Source: Takakia lepidozioides
Taxonomy: Eukaryota > Plantae > Bryophyta
DNA: 64,000 nt
Reading direction: 5' to 3'
Assembly (NCBI GenBank): GCA_030704615.1
Contig: CM060733.1
Location: 56,606,001 to 56,670,000, forward strand
Positions 27,514-39,902 of this stretch are shown here, piece after piece (position 1 is the first letter of the stretch; every line of letters begins with the position of its first letter). The notes under the pieces were generated by a model. That model saw only the letters and a list, made by a program, of their open reading frames with translations. It ran no database searches and was not told the origin of the DNA. A program made the position numbers and the translations under genes.

Positions 27514-29427
27514 AAGCTCAAGCCTTGAGATGGAGCGGCTGCAGATTTGCTCTCTTACTTACTACTTACACTCTCCAAACCAGCACACGGACGACGACAG
27601 TCCTGCTGCCCAGACTCAACTGAGAGACGTGAAAGATCATATTGCCTGCCATGTGCGCATTTTAAATGCGAGCAAGGTGTTCAAGACCTAGACTTCAACT
27701 TGCCTCTGCCTCCATGCAGGACTAGAGAGAGCAGTAGCTGAGAGCTCGTAGAGGGTAGAGCTATGGCTGCCAAGGCTGCAGGCCAGCATAACGGAGAGTG
27801 CGAGAGGACGCGAGAGAAAGGGGGCTCTAGAATTTTCCGGTAGTGGGCCTAATCCCGCGCCAGGAGGGGAGCGCATTTGCGTGTCGTAGGGCTGCCGTTC
27901 ACCGGGTGAGTAATATCAGGTTTCTACCTTCTTGACTTTCAACCCTGGATTAACGCTTTCATCATTCCGCGCCTGTACATTCATCACCTGCAGGACACTC
28001 TGTGCTCATCAAGTAATCAGTCTAGAGTTCGACCTCCACTGGCGGTGTCCATCATTATTCCAAAAGGAATTTTGGGCCCATTTCTTTTTTTTTCTTGTTT
28101 GAAAACAGGGGATGGAGGCCCCGGACATGCTGACGTTTCTCCATATTAGCGGGCCGGGCAGTGCCAAAGTCTGAGAATTTTTATTTCCAATATTGTTTTA
28201 TAAAAAAAACATTTTTTCATCAAATCCCAGTTGAGACGAGTATGGATCTTATACAGTGACATTGAGGAGGGCATCAAATCTTTTCTTTTAGGCACATGTG
28301 TTTATTTGGAAAGTAGACAAGCTTTGGAATCATCAATTGTTCGTGAATGGCGATGGTAAGTGTTCAACGGCGTTGATGCTTTTGATGATTACTATGCCTT
28401 ATAGTTTTACAAAAACCTTGCGGATGCCATCAAGCTTTAGATACATCAAAAAAACGGCGCCATTGGCCCTAGCTAAGAAAAACATGCCGATGAGCAACAT
28501 GAAAGGCATTGGAAAAAGAAAAGATCTAGACGAGATGGCGCAAATTGCCAAGTCCAATCTAGAGAGAACCCTCCAAGTAAGAATATTGACAGAAACTATG
28601 AGGTTACAAGCGCTTTCATAGTTCAAATGTGCTTTTTTAATAGCACAGATATTACAGTAAAGCTAGTTGATGTTGAAGCCATGGAGAATCTCCAAAATCA
28701 CTAAGAATGCACTAAAGATCACATTTGTTATGATTCAACATTATGGTATAACTTGAACAAATGCCTCACCACCGTATGCGAAATTTCAGGCTTTATTGAA
28801 AATATTATTTTTATTTAATTTCTCATCCATTTCTTTGAAAGGGATACACCTGGCAATGTTTACAATTGAATAAAATCTTTCATTTATTAAAATGATCTTT
28901 TTTTCCCAATAAAAGACAATAAAAATATATATATCAAGGTCATAAGTTGCATCCCATGATGTACTTGTAAACATCAACTTGTTGAAAATATAAGCAAAAT
29001 TTTAAAATATACAAGAAAACACTACACATTCCTTGTCACTTGGGCTACCACAAAGATTGTGCAAATAAATAAACATATTCAACAATGAAAATACATCACT
29101 AGACTACATATATTACATTTTCTTTCTCTTTGAGTTGAAATTGAATGTCAATTAGAGTTCAACAACCTCATAACAACATTATCAAGTAAATTCACAAGAA
29201 GATTCAAATAATGGTAACCGATAAATTGGTAAAATTTTGGGTATCATTTATTTTTTAGTTTGTTGTTAGTTCCAAACACATGCAATGCAAGAGCATAAAA
29301 AATTGGGGCTGATTTCCCTTCGTTAATATCTGCTCGTGTACGAGGGCATTATCAAAAAAAATAATGCACAGTGCATTACACACTTTGTAAAATGCACACC
29401 TCCGACAAATCATCCGATTTCTTTACG

Positions 29428-29544
29428 TAGGGGAAGGCCCCTCTTGTGGTGCCTTCCGGGATTTTTGGGCCCATGCCTCGGGCATGCCGTCCTCGGATGA
29501 GGCCCTTAAATCCAGGATCGCCCTCCACTCACGGCTTTCCCCTA
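29428..29544. repeat. GC-rich mini-element with imperfect inverted repeats (MITE-like or transposon terminus)
   Basis: TAGGGGAAGGCC (29428-29439) and GGCTTTCCCCTA (29533-29544) are an 11/12 inverted match. Internal hairpin CATGCC-TCG-GGCATG. Surroundings are very AT-rich. Confidence 0.45.
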
Positions 29545-31240
29545 TACATAAATCCTTATTGTCTAGCTCAAGAGAAGTGTACATAATGACATTCGTTCAT
29601 GTAGTTACACAACCATGTGCCGCACTAAAATTAGGGCTTTGCATTGCTTTGCATTACTAGTAACGACTTTTGCGAATAATGTCCAAGGAAACATAATGGA
29701 TTCAAGTGGCGTAAAAAATGTCAGATCGACTTGATATCATATTTGGAAGTCGCAATACAATAAAGATATATATATATGTATATTATATATTTTAAGCAAT
29801 GTAAAGAGGCAAAAAGATATTATTTAATATATATATGGAATTTTACACGATTTGAATTTTGGTCAGTTTTATAAAAATGATGACAATGATGTGGCATTTA
29901 GGGACCCTATTCCTGCTCTATGCTAAAATTAGTTTCTGACTTTTTTTTGGAATATATCAAGTGAAAAATGAGTTTGTTAAGATTACTGAACAAAAGTCAA
30001 TTGTAAAGCATCAATATGTCTTCAACCTTCCATTCTATTAAAAATTCTCATAATACCTAAGACAAAAATGACAAGTAGTCTAGAAACATGATAACATATT
30101 TCAATCATTCAAGATTAGAATGAGGACTCTGCTGCCTAATGAGAATTATAGAGTGAATGGCTTATAATAATGACAATTGGTGTGATTTTGGACTTTTGAA
30201 AAACAAATATGGCCGAACCCGCTGCCCTACGCGGCGTGTGGATAGTTCGTGACCGGTTGGTCTGGCGGTGATGTTTCCCTCCTGTCTGCCCAAATGGCTT
30301 ATCTGAAAAGGGGTTAACTTTTCCCCCTCAAGGGCATGAATTGTGAGCAGTCGCTCCCAGGTTTCCTTTGTATTTTAAAAAACAAATCGCTGTATAATCA
30401 TAATTATGGTGTTGTAAAAGGAAAAATGGATATTACTATGTCGTCTTCTTACATTCTTTTCATGTAACATTTATCTATCATATTATTGATAAATTAGTTG
30501 AAATAATTACTTGAAGAAAACAAAAAAATTAATAACTTTTCTCATTCCATTGCAGGGTCGATCTTTCTCAAACACTACAATATTTAAACAACGGGCTAGT
30601 CACATATGGCTCCTCCATGTGAATAGTGAAATCTACTTTCATCCATAGTAAACCTAAAAATTCATCCCTTTACTTTTCATAAGTTGTTCAATAACATAGA
30701 TGTTATCTGAAGGAGGTGTTACCAAGAGAAGGTGCATCATTGAAGTAGGTTTCAGCAAAGGAGAGGAGGTGACACCTAGGGAAGGCACAACAGGTGAATT
30801 TTTTTGCCAATAAAATATTCAAAATTAATATCTGAATTTATAGAATCTTTCTGAAAAAGCTCAATATGAAACTACATTATACTCTAGAGACCTCGTGCAA
30901 TTTCAAACTTGGTGTGCCCCTTAGCCTAAGTTTCTAAGATTCAAATAAATAAACAAAGCCTGACAATGTTGGGTAGGTATGTTGTAAATATGTACCCCAG
31001 TCGCTGGGAAAATAAAATCGACGAAGAGACGAAGAGCCAGAAGACATCTACAAGTTTGTATGAAATAGTGGTGAGTTGCATGGGCCCCACATGGCTACTA
31101 GATGCGGGACCATATACTGTCCATGCCCAAGCGAGATTTGGCAAACATTCTAGAGGGAGCGCCAAAAGTGTTTTGGTAGTCGCGTAGGACTGTACCAACG
31201 TAAGTAGAAAAGGCGAGGAAGGGAGAAGTACAAACCCAGC

Positions 31241-31834
31241 ATGGAGGCAATGAAAAGCACCGCCGTTGCAGTGGAAGCGTGTGGGAAGAGAGGGAGGGGT
31301 CGACCTAGGAAACTTACAACGACCAAGGAAAGAGTTGCATCAAAAGTCTTTGAGGTTTCATGTACAGTTGGCGTAGGAGGATGACGTCCAGGTGCAATCT
31401 TTTGAGTCGTTAAGAAAATTTATAATAGAAAATTATCTTGCTGGGTTTTTGGCTGTTGAATGTGGTGGTACAATGTCCCATTTACATTTTCAAATGATAA
31501 TCAGAATATTAACTACAAGTACTATTCATGTTAACAATATGATAAAAACTCATCTAAGGTGGGACATATGTCCACTAGTGAGACATAATGTTATGTGTAA
31601 GAAATTGCAACAAGTTCGGTTACATACATGGAAAGGCATGTTAGGATACTGTTTGAAGAATTCAATTACAGACAACCGCATTTGAAGTTTTCTGGTCATA
31701 ATGTTAGGGCGCATGATATGGAAGAGGGGAAAGAAATGTATGCACTATATGATAGTGTAGAGCTCAAACACCCTGTGTGTTTGACGCCATCTATGCTACG
31801 GAATTTTATATGTAATATTATCTATCTATCGTAG
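31241..31834 (+). mobile_element. Decayed Replitron-type HUH endonuclease (rolling-circle) transposase
   Basis: Frameshifted pieces read MEAMKS...KRGRGRPRK (AT-hook) ...FEVSCTVG (motif 1) / ...LAVECGGTMSHLHFQ (HUH motif 2) ...LHTWKGMLGYCLK (YxxK motif 3) / ...HNVRAHDMEEGKEMYALY..VELKHPVCLTP. No helicase domain adjacent. Confidence 0.75.
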
Positions 31835-34509
31835 TTACTCTCATCGCAATATGTTGTCGTCTTTGCGTTTTGCAATTTTGGAAGATGGTGGTGTGAATAT
31901 GAAGAGAGAATAAACAAAGCCTGACAATGTTGGGTAGGCACGTTGTAAAAAGCAGAGGGACACTTTGAAGTTTGAATCGCAACACAAAATTGGCTTTTGG
32001 AAGGTAGAGAGCTAAATCACATTCCTTGGCAATATAAGATGGGGTTTAAATTATCTAATAGTAATACTATATGACCTTGTCCCCACTTTGTCCACACATT
32101 TCCCATTCCACACATCCCACACTTTTCCCTGTCAGCGTTGTCCCCTCTACGGCAATGTGGCTCAAAATTCCATCCGCAATAAGTTACTACGCATTGAAAA
32201 TACTTTGTGGGGGGTTGTATTGGAGCGAAGGGATAGTATCTGACAGATAGAGCCCAAGCCCCAAAGGGAGCTACCGGCAAGGGAAAAATCCCGGTTTGGC
32301 GTCATCTCTCTCGGAGTGCTCCCTTGTGCGTAGAACTAAAAAAGAAAAACTCGTCGATAGATCCCCTTCCACTAGATGAAAACAAATCACCCTTGCTATT
32401 GGCTTAGCAGATTTCCCTTGCAAAATTATTTCATCCATTTCTTGACGACTGTTCATCAGTATGATGAATATTAATTTAATAAAATATCATAAAACTGTCT
32501 TTTGGAAATGTTTTGCATCACTTTCAAGTTTCAACTGTTTTTTTTTTTTTTTTTCCCTTCCAGCATCTTCGGAATGGCATTGCTCCAACATAGACTCATT
32601 CTCATCAAATAACCAACCTCTATTGGAGCTGATGGGTAAAACAGATTATTAAATTATTCGCTCTGTATAAATAATGGTTCAGGGAGAGAGTTGGCGGAGT
32701 AATTGTATAGAGTAAATACTGTTTTTGAGTTTGTGGATATACCACATTATTTAATTTAAATATAAATAATAATATCTGAACAATAATTTATGAATGCAAC
32801 ATCACATATCGTGTTTTCTCATCTTGACAAATTATGTCAATGTACAGTGTAGGTAGTCTAGAATTGAAATGTATTCATATCTTATAATTTATTAAGAAAA
32901 TCTAATTATGAATCCAGGCTTTTCCCACTGGTTGTAGTTTGTATGCCTTGTTGTAGTCCCTTCACTAATCCTCCTAAAGCTCGAGGGGTTCTGAAAACAA
33001 AGCAAGGTAACAAAGCAAGGTTCTATTTTATTTTTACCTTATTAGTTAAAAAATTAGAAACTGAATTCTATTTAGTATGAGTTCTCTTAAGAATATAAAA
33101 CTAACCACGTCATTGTTATATTCTTCAATATATATATATATATATACAGGAGTCGTCAAAAAAGAAACCACAACAGGAGGACATAAGGCTTACATCAAAT
33201 GATGGGGTAGTATATTTTCTCAAGCATACTGTCGAAAAGTAAAATCATATTATATTTTCACAAATATATTATTCAATCAACAAGATGGGACCTATTTCAG
33301 CTCATTATTGGGAACGCGTTCCCAGGTAAAGTTGTGGCATTTCAAAGCCTGCATCAATCCGGAAGACAACAGGAATAATGTAAGTAAGAACTTAACGGAC
33401 GTAACGATTTAAAGTAACAACTTCAAGTCTAGGTTTTATCGGTCCCCAAACCCGCCCACCGCGGCAATAAGGACTTCCCACGGTGATACAAACCCAGGCT
33501 GGTCGCGAACATTCCCGTACCGGAGAAACCGGTTACCAGCAACCGGCGACGGCCCTCGTCCCGGTTCGTTCAGGCACTGAAACCCGTCAGGCCGTTACCA
33601 CGGGGGGAGTACGGCAACCGGTGCAGCCGGGATTCCGTCTGGGGCTGCCAAGGCAATATTCTAGAGTTATAAAGGCCATAAAGTAATGCGCGGAATGTTG
33701 ATTGTACCCTCCCATTTGAGTGTCCCCAACGTCTCCCAATTTTAGCGCACCATCATTGCTCGAATATGTCATTCTTTATCATTTCCTCCCTGTCACTCTG
33801 CCTTCAAATCTACCATCCGCTAATTATTCACAACGGATCGGCTCCAAAACGGGTAATGGTTATGGGATAACAATAAGCGCGCGCCACAGAATAATTATTA
33901 ATTTAACCCTTCCTGCGGGGCGCGGGGCGGGGTCCATGCCTGCGGGAATTCCCAGACGGCAATCCGGTACACAAGCCCCATCATTCGTGCGTGTAAGCCT
34001 GCCAGACTGCTGCCCCTCTTCATTATTCTGCTGCCCTCTGTACCCCTCTATCTCCCTCGCTATATATTAATATATATGTAAGTAAGTGTATCGCACAATC
34101 CTCATCCCATAAGTATTATTCTCAGACTTGAGTAGGTCTCGGTAAATATAGTCTGCCAGGGAATGTGTCAAATATATATTCGATAATAATCTGCCAGAGG
34201 TTATCCACTAAGCTGTGGACTAATTATAGCCCGCTCCGAGGGGAGACGAACGGCCGGGATTCGAACCCCAGGTGGCGACGGAACTCGGGGGGCAAGTGGG
34301 TGGCGGGAAGCAGGTACAAATCGCCCGGACCCGCGATCTGCGCCGGGGTGACCAGCTCAGCCGGTCACAGGCGCTGGCAGGGCAGGGGCCGTGGTGCACT
34401 GGTAGATTTACCCGTGGATTGCGAATCTCGCACGCGTTGTGTCCAGACCTAGAGCCAGGCCCGGCCCCCGAGGCTGGGAGGCTCGGGGCCAGGGGTCGGG
34501 GGGGATTCA

Positions 34510-36149
34510 ATGAACCTGAGGTAAGCATTCAGTGTACCGTGGGGGGGAATGTAGGCAGTTGCCAAATTCTAGGGTTTTCGAGTGTGAGCTTGACTTGACT
34601 CGTGGTCTTCTCGGTCTACTGGGGACAGTGTGGAGGTACTCGTTCATGATTCTGATTACCTCAGCCGAGTACTTGGTGGAGCTAATCGAGAATTAATAGC
34701 TGAGGTTGGTTTGTTGGGAGATGATGGGGTTAGGGATTGCGGTCGTGGAGAGTAGACAGGGAGGATTAATGGGTGGGTGTGGGTTCTGCAGAAGGTCGTC
34801 GCTGCGAGGAACTGACCCGAGAATCCATCATCGTCATCATCATTGCCTTTTGCCAAATTGGGTAGCTACAGAGTGGGTTGAGACATGCCTATCGATCTCA
34901 CCAACACATTTGGAGCGACATAGGCGTGGAGTGGTGGTGTTTTGAGAAGACGGGATCCACGGGATTGATGCGAAAGTGGGAGGGATATTATGTTATGTAA
35001 TAATTTGGGAGAGAGACATGTTTCTAGTTTCTAGGCTAGATTCCTGGGGGGTCCGTTACGTTTGGCATGCAGAGATGGGGGATGGCAGGTGAAGGAAGAT
35101 CGGAGCATGGGCGAGGCATGCAATCCCAGCTCGCAAATTTCAAAAGCTGTTCAAGATCTGCTGGGTGTATGATAGATCACTGGCGTGCAGCCATGGATTC
35201 GCTATTAAATGGGGGATTCAAGGCACTTGGAGTAAGTACTGAGTAAGGAAGGAAGGGAGTGATGATCACTGCAGGCCAACAGCCGTGAGGGGCAGCAAGG
35301 ATTTGATGGCGCGCGCTTGCCGATGCCTGCCGTGGCCCATAGCTGCCGGGAGACGGTGGCCTGCTGTGCTTTACACCTTGCTATTCGTCAGCTTTGAGCT
35401 TGGAGGTGTTGTGTCAGCACGCATTTCTGGGTGGACGGACGTCACCACCCACCTTGTTGACTCCCCTCCGTCCGTGACCTTATTAGATTAGATTTTTATA
35501 ACTTCTGACCAGGCGCAGACTGAGGTGGCAGCTCTGTATTGACAGACAAATCTGCTTTGTCAGATTTCCCACCCCCCGTCGTCCAACGGAGCTGCATGGA
35601 AAGTTCCTGGCTCCGAAATGCGGCTACTTGATGCAGTTCTCGCCTTCAATGAACTCCCATGGCTGGAATGTAACGGAGTACGATCTGGGGGCACGAGGAT
35701 CCAGAACGGGGGCCATCACATTCTATATTCCGGAGCATAACTGTTGCTGCTGCATGGCAGTGGACGGGGGGCGTAGAGCCCACTTGGCCGACAGCGCCGT
35801 TGATCAGAGTGATGGAGTGCACCGAAATGCAGCGGTGTACAGAGCTTCGTTGATCACTGAACCAAGCCTTCCCAAAACGACAAAACATGCGTACCTTCTC
35901 ATCCCTCAGGCTCCAACCCCGTTGGGAAAGAAGGTACGAAAGTCCAGGAATGTGAACTGGGAATCTGCTTTCTTCACTCCTTTGATACTTGTAGCCTTTC
36001 TGGTCTTCTATTTTGTCCTCTGGCGCACTGAGGCCCATGCTTTCTCTCAGGTCCAGTGCCTACCTATATATTTCTCGGAAAAGGAGTCCCCCTTCCAAGT
36101 ACACCAGACACTCTGCTCGAGGAACACTTATTTGCGAGCTGATCTATGA
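34510..36149 (+). CDS. Hypothetical spliced orphan ORF with one C-terminal transmembrane segment
   Basis: ATGAACCTGAG|GTAAGC (34510-34520) can splice in frame to CTGACCAG|G at ~35513, entering an open frame to 36149 that contains CCCC and FFTPLILVAFLVFYFVLW. No family recognised. Confidence 0.25.
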
Positions 36150-37395
36150 ATCTGCAGTCACATGGTGTCAACATAGATCAGTGAATGTCCAATTGTGCTG
36201 TTTGCAACGTGGAGTAAGCGGCCAACAGCATCTCGTCGACAGAAATGCAGTGGCAGGCACCCCAAAGCAGTTGAGGGGCCGGATTAATTACTTAAAGTGC
36301 TTTCATTTACAGCGTTCTAGAAGTACCAACCCAGTATCTTGTACTTCCGCTCTGGCAACTCACCTAATGAGCTGGTCCTTGCTCACTTTTCCAAAGAGAC
36401 TTGACCTACCCAAAAACAAACGCCATTCCCACACCAAGATGCACTAAAGCACATCTCTCCTTTATCATCCTCACTGATGAGCAGACGAATTTGTCTCCCA
36501 TTTCCAGCTTTCAGACAGACTCCCCCATGCCGACTCCTTCAAATCTCCCCACTGCTGCTTCATTGCCTTTTGGACTCACTCCCAGAATGGACCTGCATCC
36601 CTCTTACGACATCCTTCACTGCCTACTTCCGGATCGATCAACCCCCACTTAATCACAGGCCATCGACGCCTCCCCCCGCATCGTCATCGTCAAATTCTTC
36701 GCAACCCACTCGAGTAATTCCTTCCTAGCCAAATCCTAGTAAGGTATGTAGTATGTACCCAAGAAAATTCCGGGCCCTCATCACTTGGACTAAAATTATA
36801 TCGAGGGCCCACACTTGCATTACGGACCCTCGAAATATTTCATCCCGTCGGGGCCCCACAGCGCATGACAAATAAATCCTCAACCTCCGCCCGCGTGCCA
36901 AGCCCGACCCTACCCGCGCTCCTTGCGTGAGCTAACAACTTATCGGCATCCGCCTTTACGCCTCCATAAGGCCTCACATCCACGCCATATTATATACACG
37001 TTTATTTATCCCATATCGTTTGACCGCAATCCACATTAGGGCGGCCTATAAAGTAAAGTCCCGGTAGGGGGTAAGAAGCAACGGCGGCTGGGAAGGCGGG
37101 CCTGTCCTCAACAGACCCTGCGAATAATTACGTTTATTTGGCCCTAACGGTTCCAGCTATCGCCTGCCTTTACTTCTGTCGCCACGCCTTTACTGCCCTT
37201 TCGCCAGCCCCCCCCTTCCTCTCGCACGCGCCACTCCCCCTGCGCACATGTCATCGCCAACATGGATGAACTCTGCCACGACCGCTGCTCATCCACGCGG
37301 CGCCAACGGGGCTACTCTACCCTCGCTTACTGTCGGTGGACTGCGCCGTCGCCCGGCTCACCGCCCGAGACCGCTTCGCCCACCGGATCTCCTCA

Positions 37396-37423
37396 CCGCG
37401 CACCGGCTGCAGCCGGTGCGCGG
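37396..37423. repeat. Perfect 28-bp GC-rich palindrome
   Basis: CCGCGCACCGGCTGCAGCCGGTGCGCGG is its own reverse complement. Confidence 0.9.
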
Positions 37424-39902
37424 CTGCAACCGCAGTTACGAGCGCAGGCAGTGATGAGTTAGCAGAACGGCGAGTCAGTGCGGTCTGATCATTACGCCCC
37501 TGTACGATTTGATTCTCGGTTTTTGCAATCATTATCCCACTTATGCTTTTTTAATTCCCGATCGCTCTCGCGATACTCGGCTGCGCACACCCTCGTCGTT
37601 TATTATTATTACTTCGATTCTCATTATCATTATTATTATTATCGTTGTCCATTCCGTTGCCTTTTCATGTTCAAGGACTCATAACTGTGACCCGTCCGAC
37701 GCTACCGCTGTCAGCCGGTAACGGCAGCTGCTCTCCGTTGCCCGGTCAACGCAACAGGCTACAGCCGGTCGGGGCAGCGTTACGGTACAGCGCCAGCCAG
37801 CCGGTCGTCGTCAGACCGAACGAACCAGCAATCGAAATGGATCGTGCGATCGACTGATCCGCTGCGACCAGAGAAGCTGGTGTCGAGATCGGAACCCTCC
37901 ATGTGTCTTTGTGTCCGCAGGTACGTCTCTTCCACGTCATGTGAGGTCATCGTCCGGATGTACGTGGATGAAGAATTGCTTTCGGTCGTGTGTTTTTAAA
38001 TGTGATGGCGCGAATTGCACGCTGCCCCTGGCAGACTACAGAGCCGTGCGGTCTGGGCCGGGCAGGCTGGGCGGTCAGGCCGGGCAGGCGGCAAGCGTAA
38101 TGATAGGTATCTCGAGTGCGCTGACCGCGGTCAGAGCGCGGGTGGTGGCAGGTTAGGTAACGCCCTGCCCTAGATCGCCGAATCTCGGGTGGCTGACAAC
38201 CACCCGGGACGTTTGCGCCCCGGAGGGCACCTGTGCCCACTACTGACCAGTTCCGTGTTCAAATCCGCAACCCCATTATCAATCAACTTGTTGTTGTTGC
38301 AAAGATGCTTTTCCAGTTCCGAAATTAGGCGGACTTAGTGCATCTTGACATGCCCATTATTCTCGACGACAATCTTATTGTGTAATTCTTAACGTCCAGT
38401 TCGTTGACGACAGTGTGAGATAGTGCGGCGCAAACACGCTACCAACATATTTAGAAGCCGGGAAGCACCTCGTCCACAATTCTCGTCTCGCAACCATTTT
38501 TGAGTTGGGAGTATTGTGCGGGTCAAAACATGTTTCCATTTTCGTTCATAGTTCCATCGAATGCGACAACCAAATTCTGGCCGTGCCAACTCCCCTTATG
38601 GCCTTCCGCACGATTATTGTAATCGGCCGCATACAAAAGAAAAGCTGAAAAGGGACGATAGGGAGAATAATAAGAAAGGGGTTGGTCAAAGGCAATCCCA
38701 GTTCCACTATGCCACTCCAACCATTGATACCACCTATGCTAGCCCGCGGATGAAAGTCGTCCATTCCTACGTCCAAAAGTGAAACTACGTCCATCCACAG
38801 CTCTGTGCGTTTAGTGCGGACTGGCGGCGGTCAAAAGATGGCGTGTGCGGGCGCACACGGGATCCGTAGGGGGTAGAGACGTGTAGGGGTAGGAGGTAGG
38901 GGGCCTATGAGCGTGGGGCGGTCAAAGGTGACCTATAGTTGCGCCTCCATCCCGTCGCAGTGTACCCCCTCAAGGAAGGCGAAGGAGAGAGAGAGAGAGA
39001 CAAGACACATGCATCACATGTGTGCCGTGCAGCAGTGCACCACTCCGTCTTCGTCTTCCTCGCTCGCAGGCTTTCGCTTCAACTTCCTCGTTCAATGTTG
39101 ATGGTTGACCATCGCCTCAACGGAGTGATGGTGGGGTGTTGCTTTTCCATCATTGAGGGAGCTCGGACGGTGGAGCGGTTGAATACGAAGTGACTGGTCT
39201 TGTAGAGGGAGAATTTGTCAGGTGATGCTCATATTCCCTGTCGTTACAAGGATGGAGGTGAGAGGGGTTGGGGTTTGGTCGGTTGGGGTTTGACCCTCCT
39301 GTTTTTGCATGCCAAGAAATGCTCCCTATGAAGATTTCAAGATTGGACCCCGGCAACCCCGCAGATCAAGTTATATTGTTGCAAAGTCAATGCAGGGTCC
39401 AAAGCTTGAAATAGAAATCGGCAAGCGGAAGTGTTTGTCCATGAGAATTAAGAACCCTCAGTTTAGTTCATCCACCAGTCATATAGATGCCCATGTTAGC
39501 TCGTCAGTCTTGAAAACTTGATGGACTTCTGATGGCAGGGTGGAGATTGACAGGCCCCACAACTTCATTCTGAAGCCAGAGAAGGACCAAAGATGTGTGA
39601 AAAAGGTCCAACTCGCACCAATCCCCAGAAGTCCACATTTCTAGACCATCCAATTAAAGTGGGCATCCCAACATGCTTCTTACCACTACTGCATCCATGA
39701 GTTTTACATACAAAAGTATAACTCCAACCAGAGATGATCTTCAACATATATACACAATTTGCATGTAACCATGGCTATCAATCTATGCTCCTGAAAGAGA
39801 CAAAAATGGAAAAACCACTGTCACTTGGAACTGCTTGTTTATCAAAATGAAATCCCCATAACAACCATATGCACATTATTTTATCTCTTACTTTGAAACC
39901 TA

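Noticed and set aside
26036-27691. Plus-strand ORFs up to 190 aa
   Set aside because: Antisense shadows of the ERF coding sequence.
28298-28760. 107-aa ORF that might be a transposon accessory protein remnant
   Set aside because: No recognisable motif; cannot be supported without a search.
34240-34340. B-box-like GGTTCGAATCCC on the minus strand suggesting a tRNA or SINE
   Set aside because: The T-stem pairs poorly and I find no A-box, D-arm or acceptor stem.
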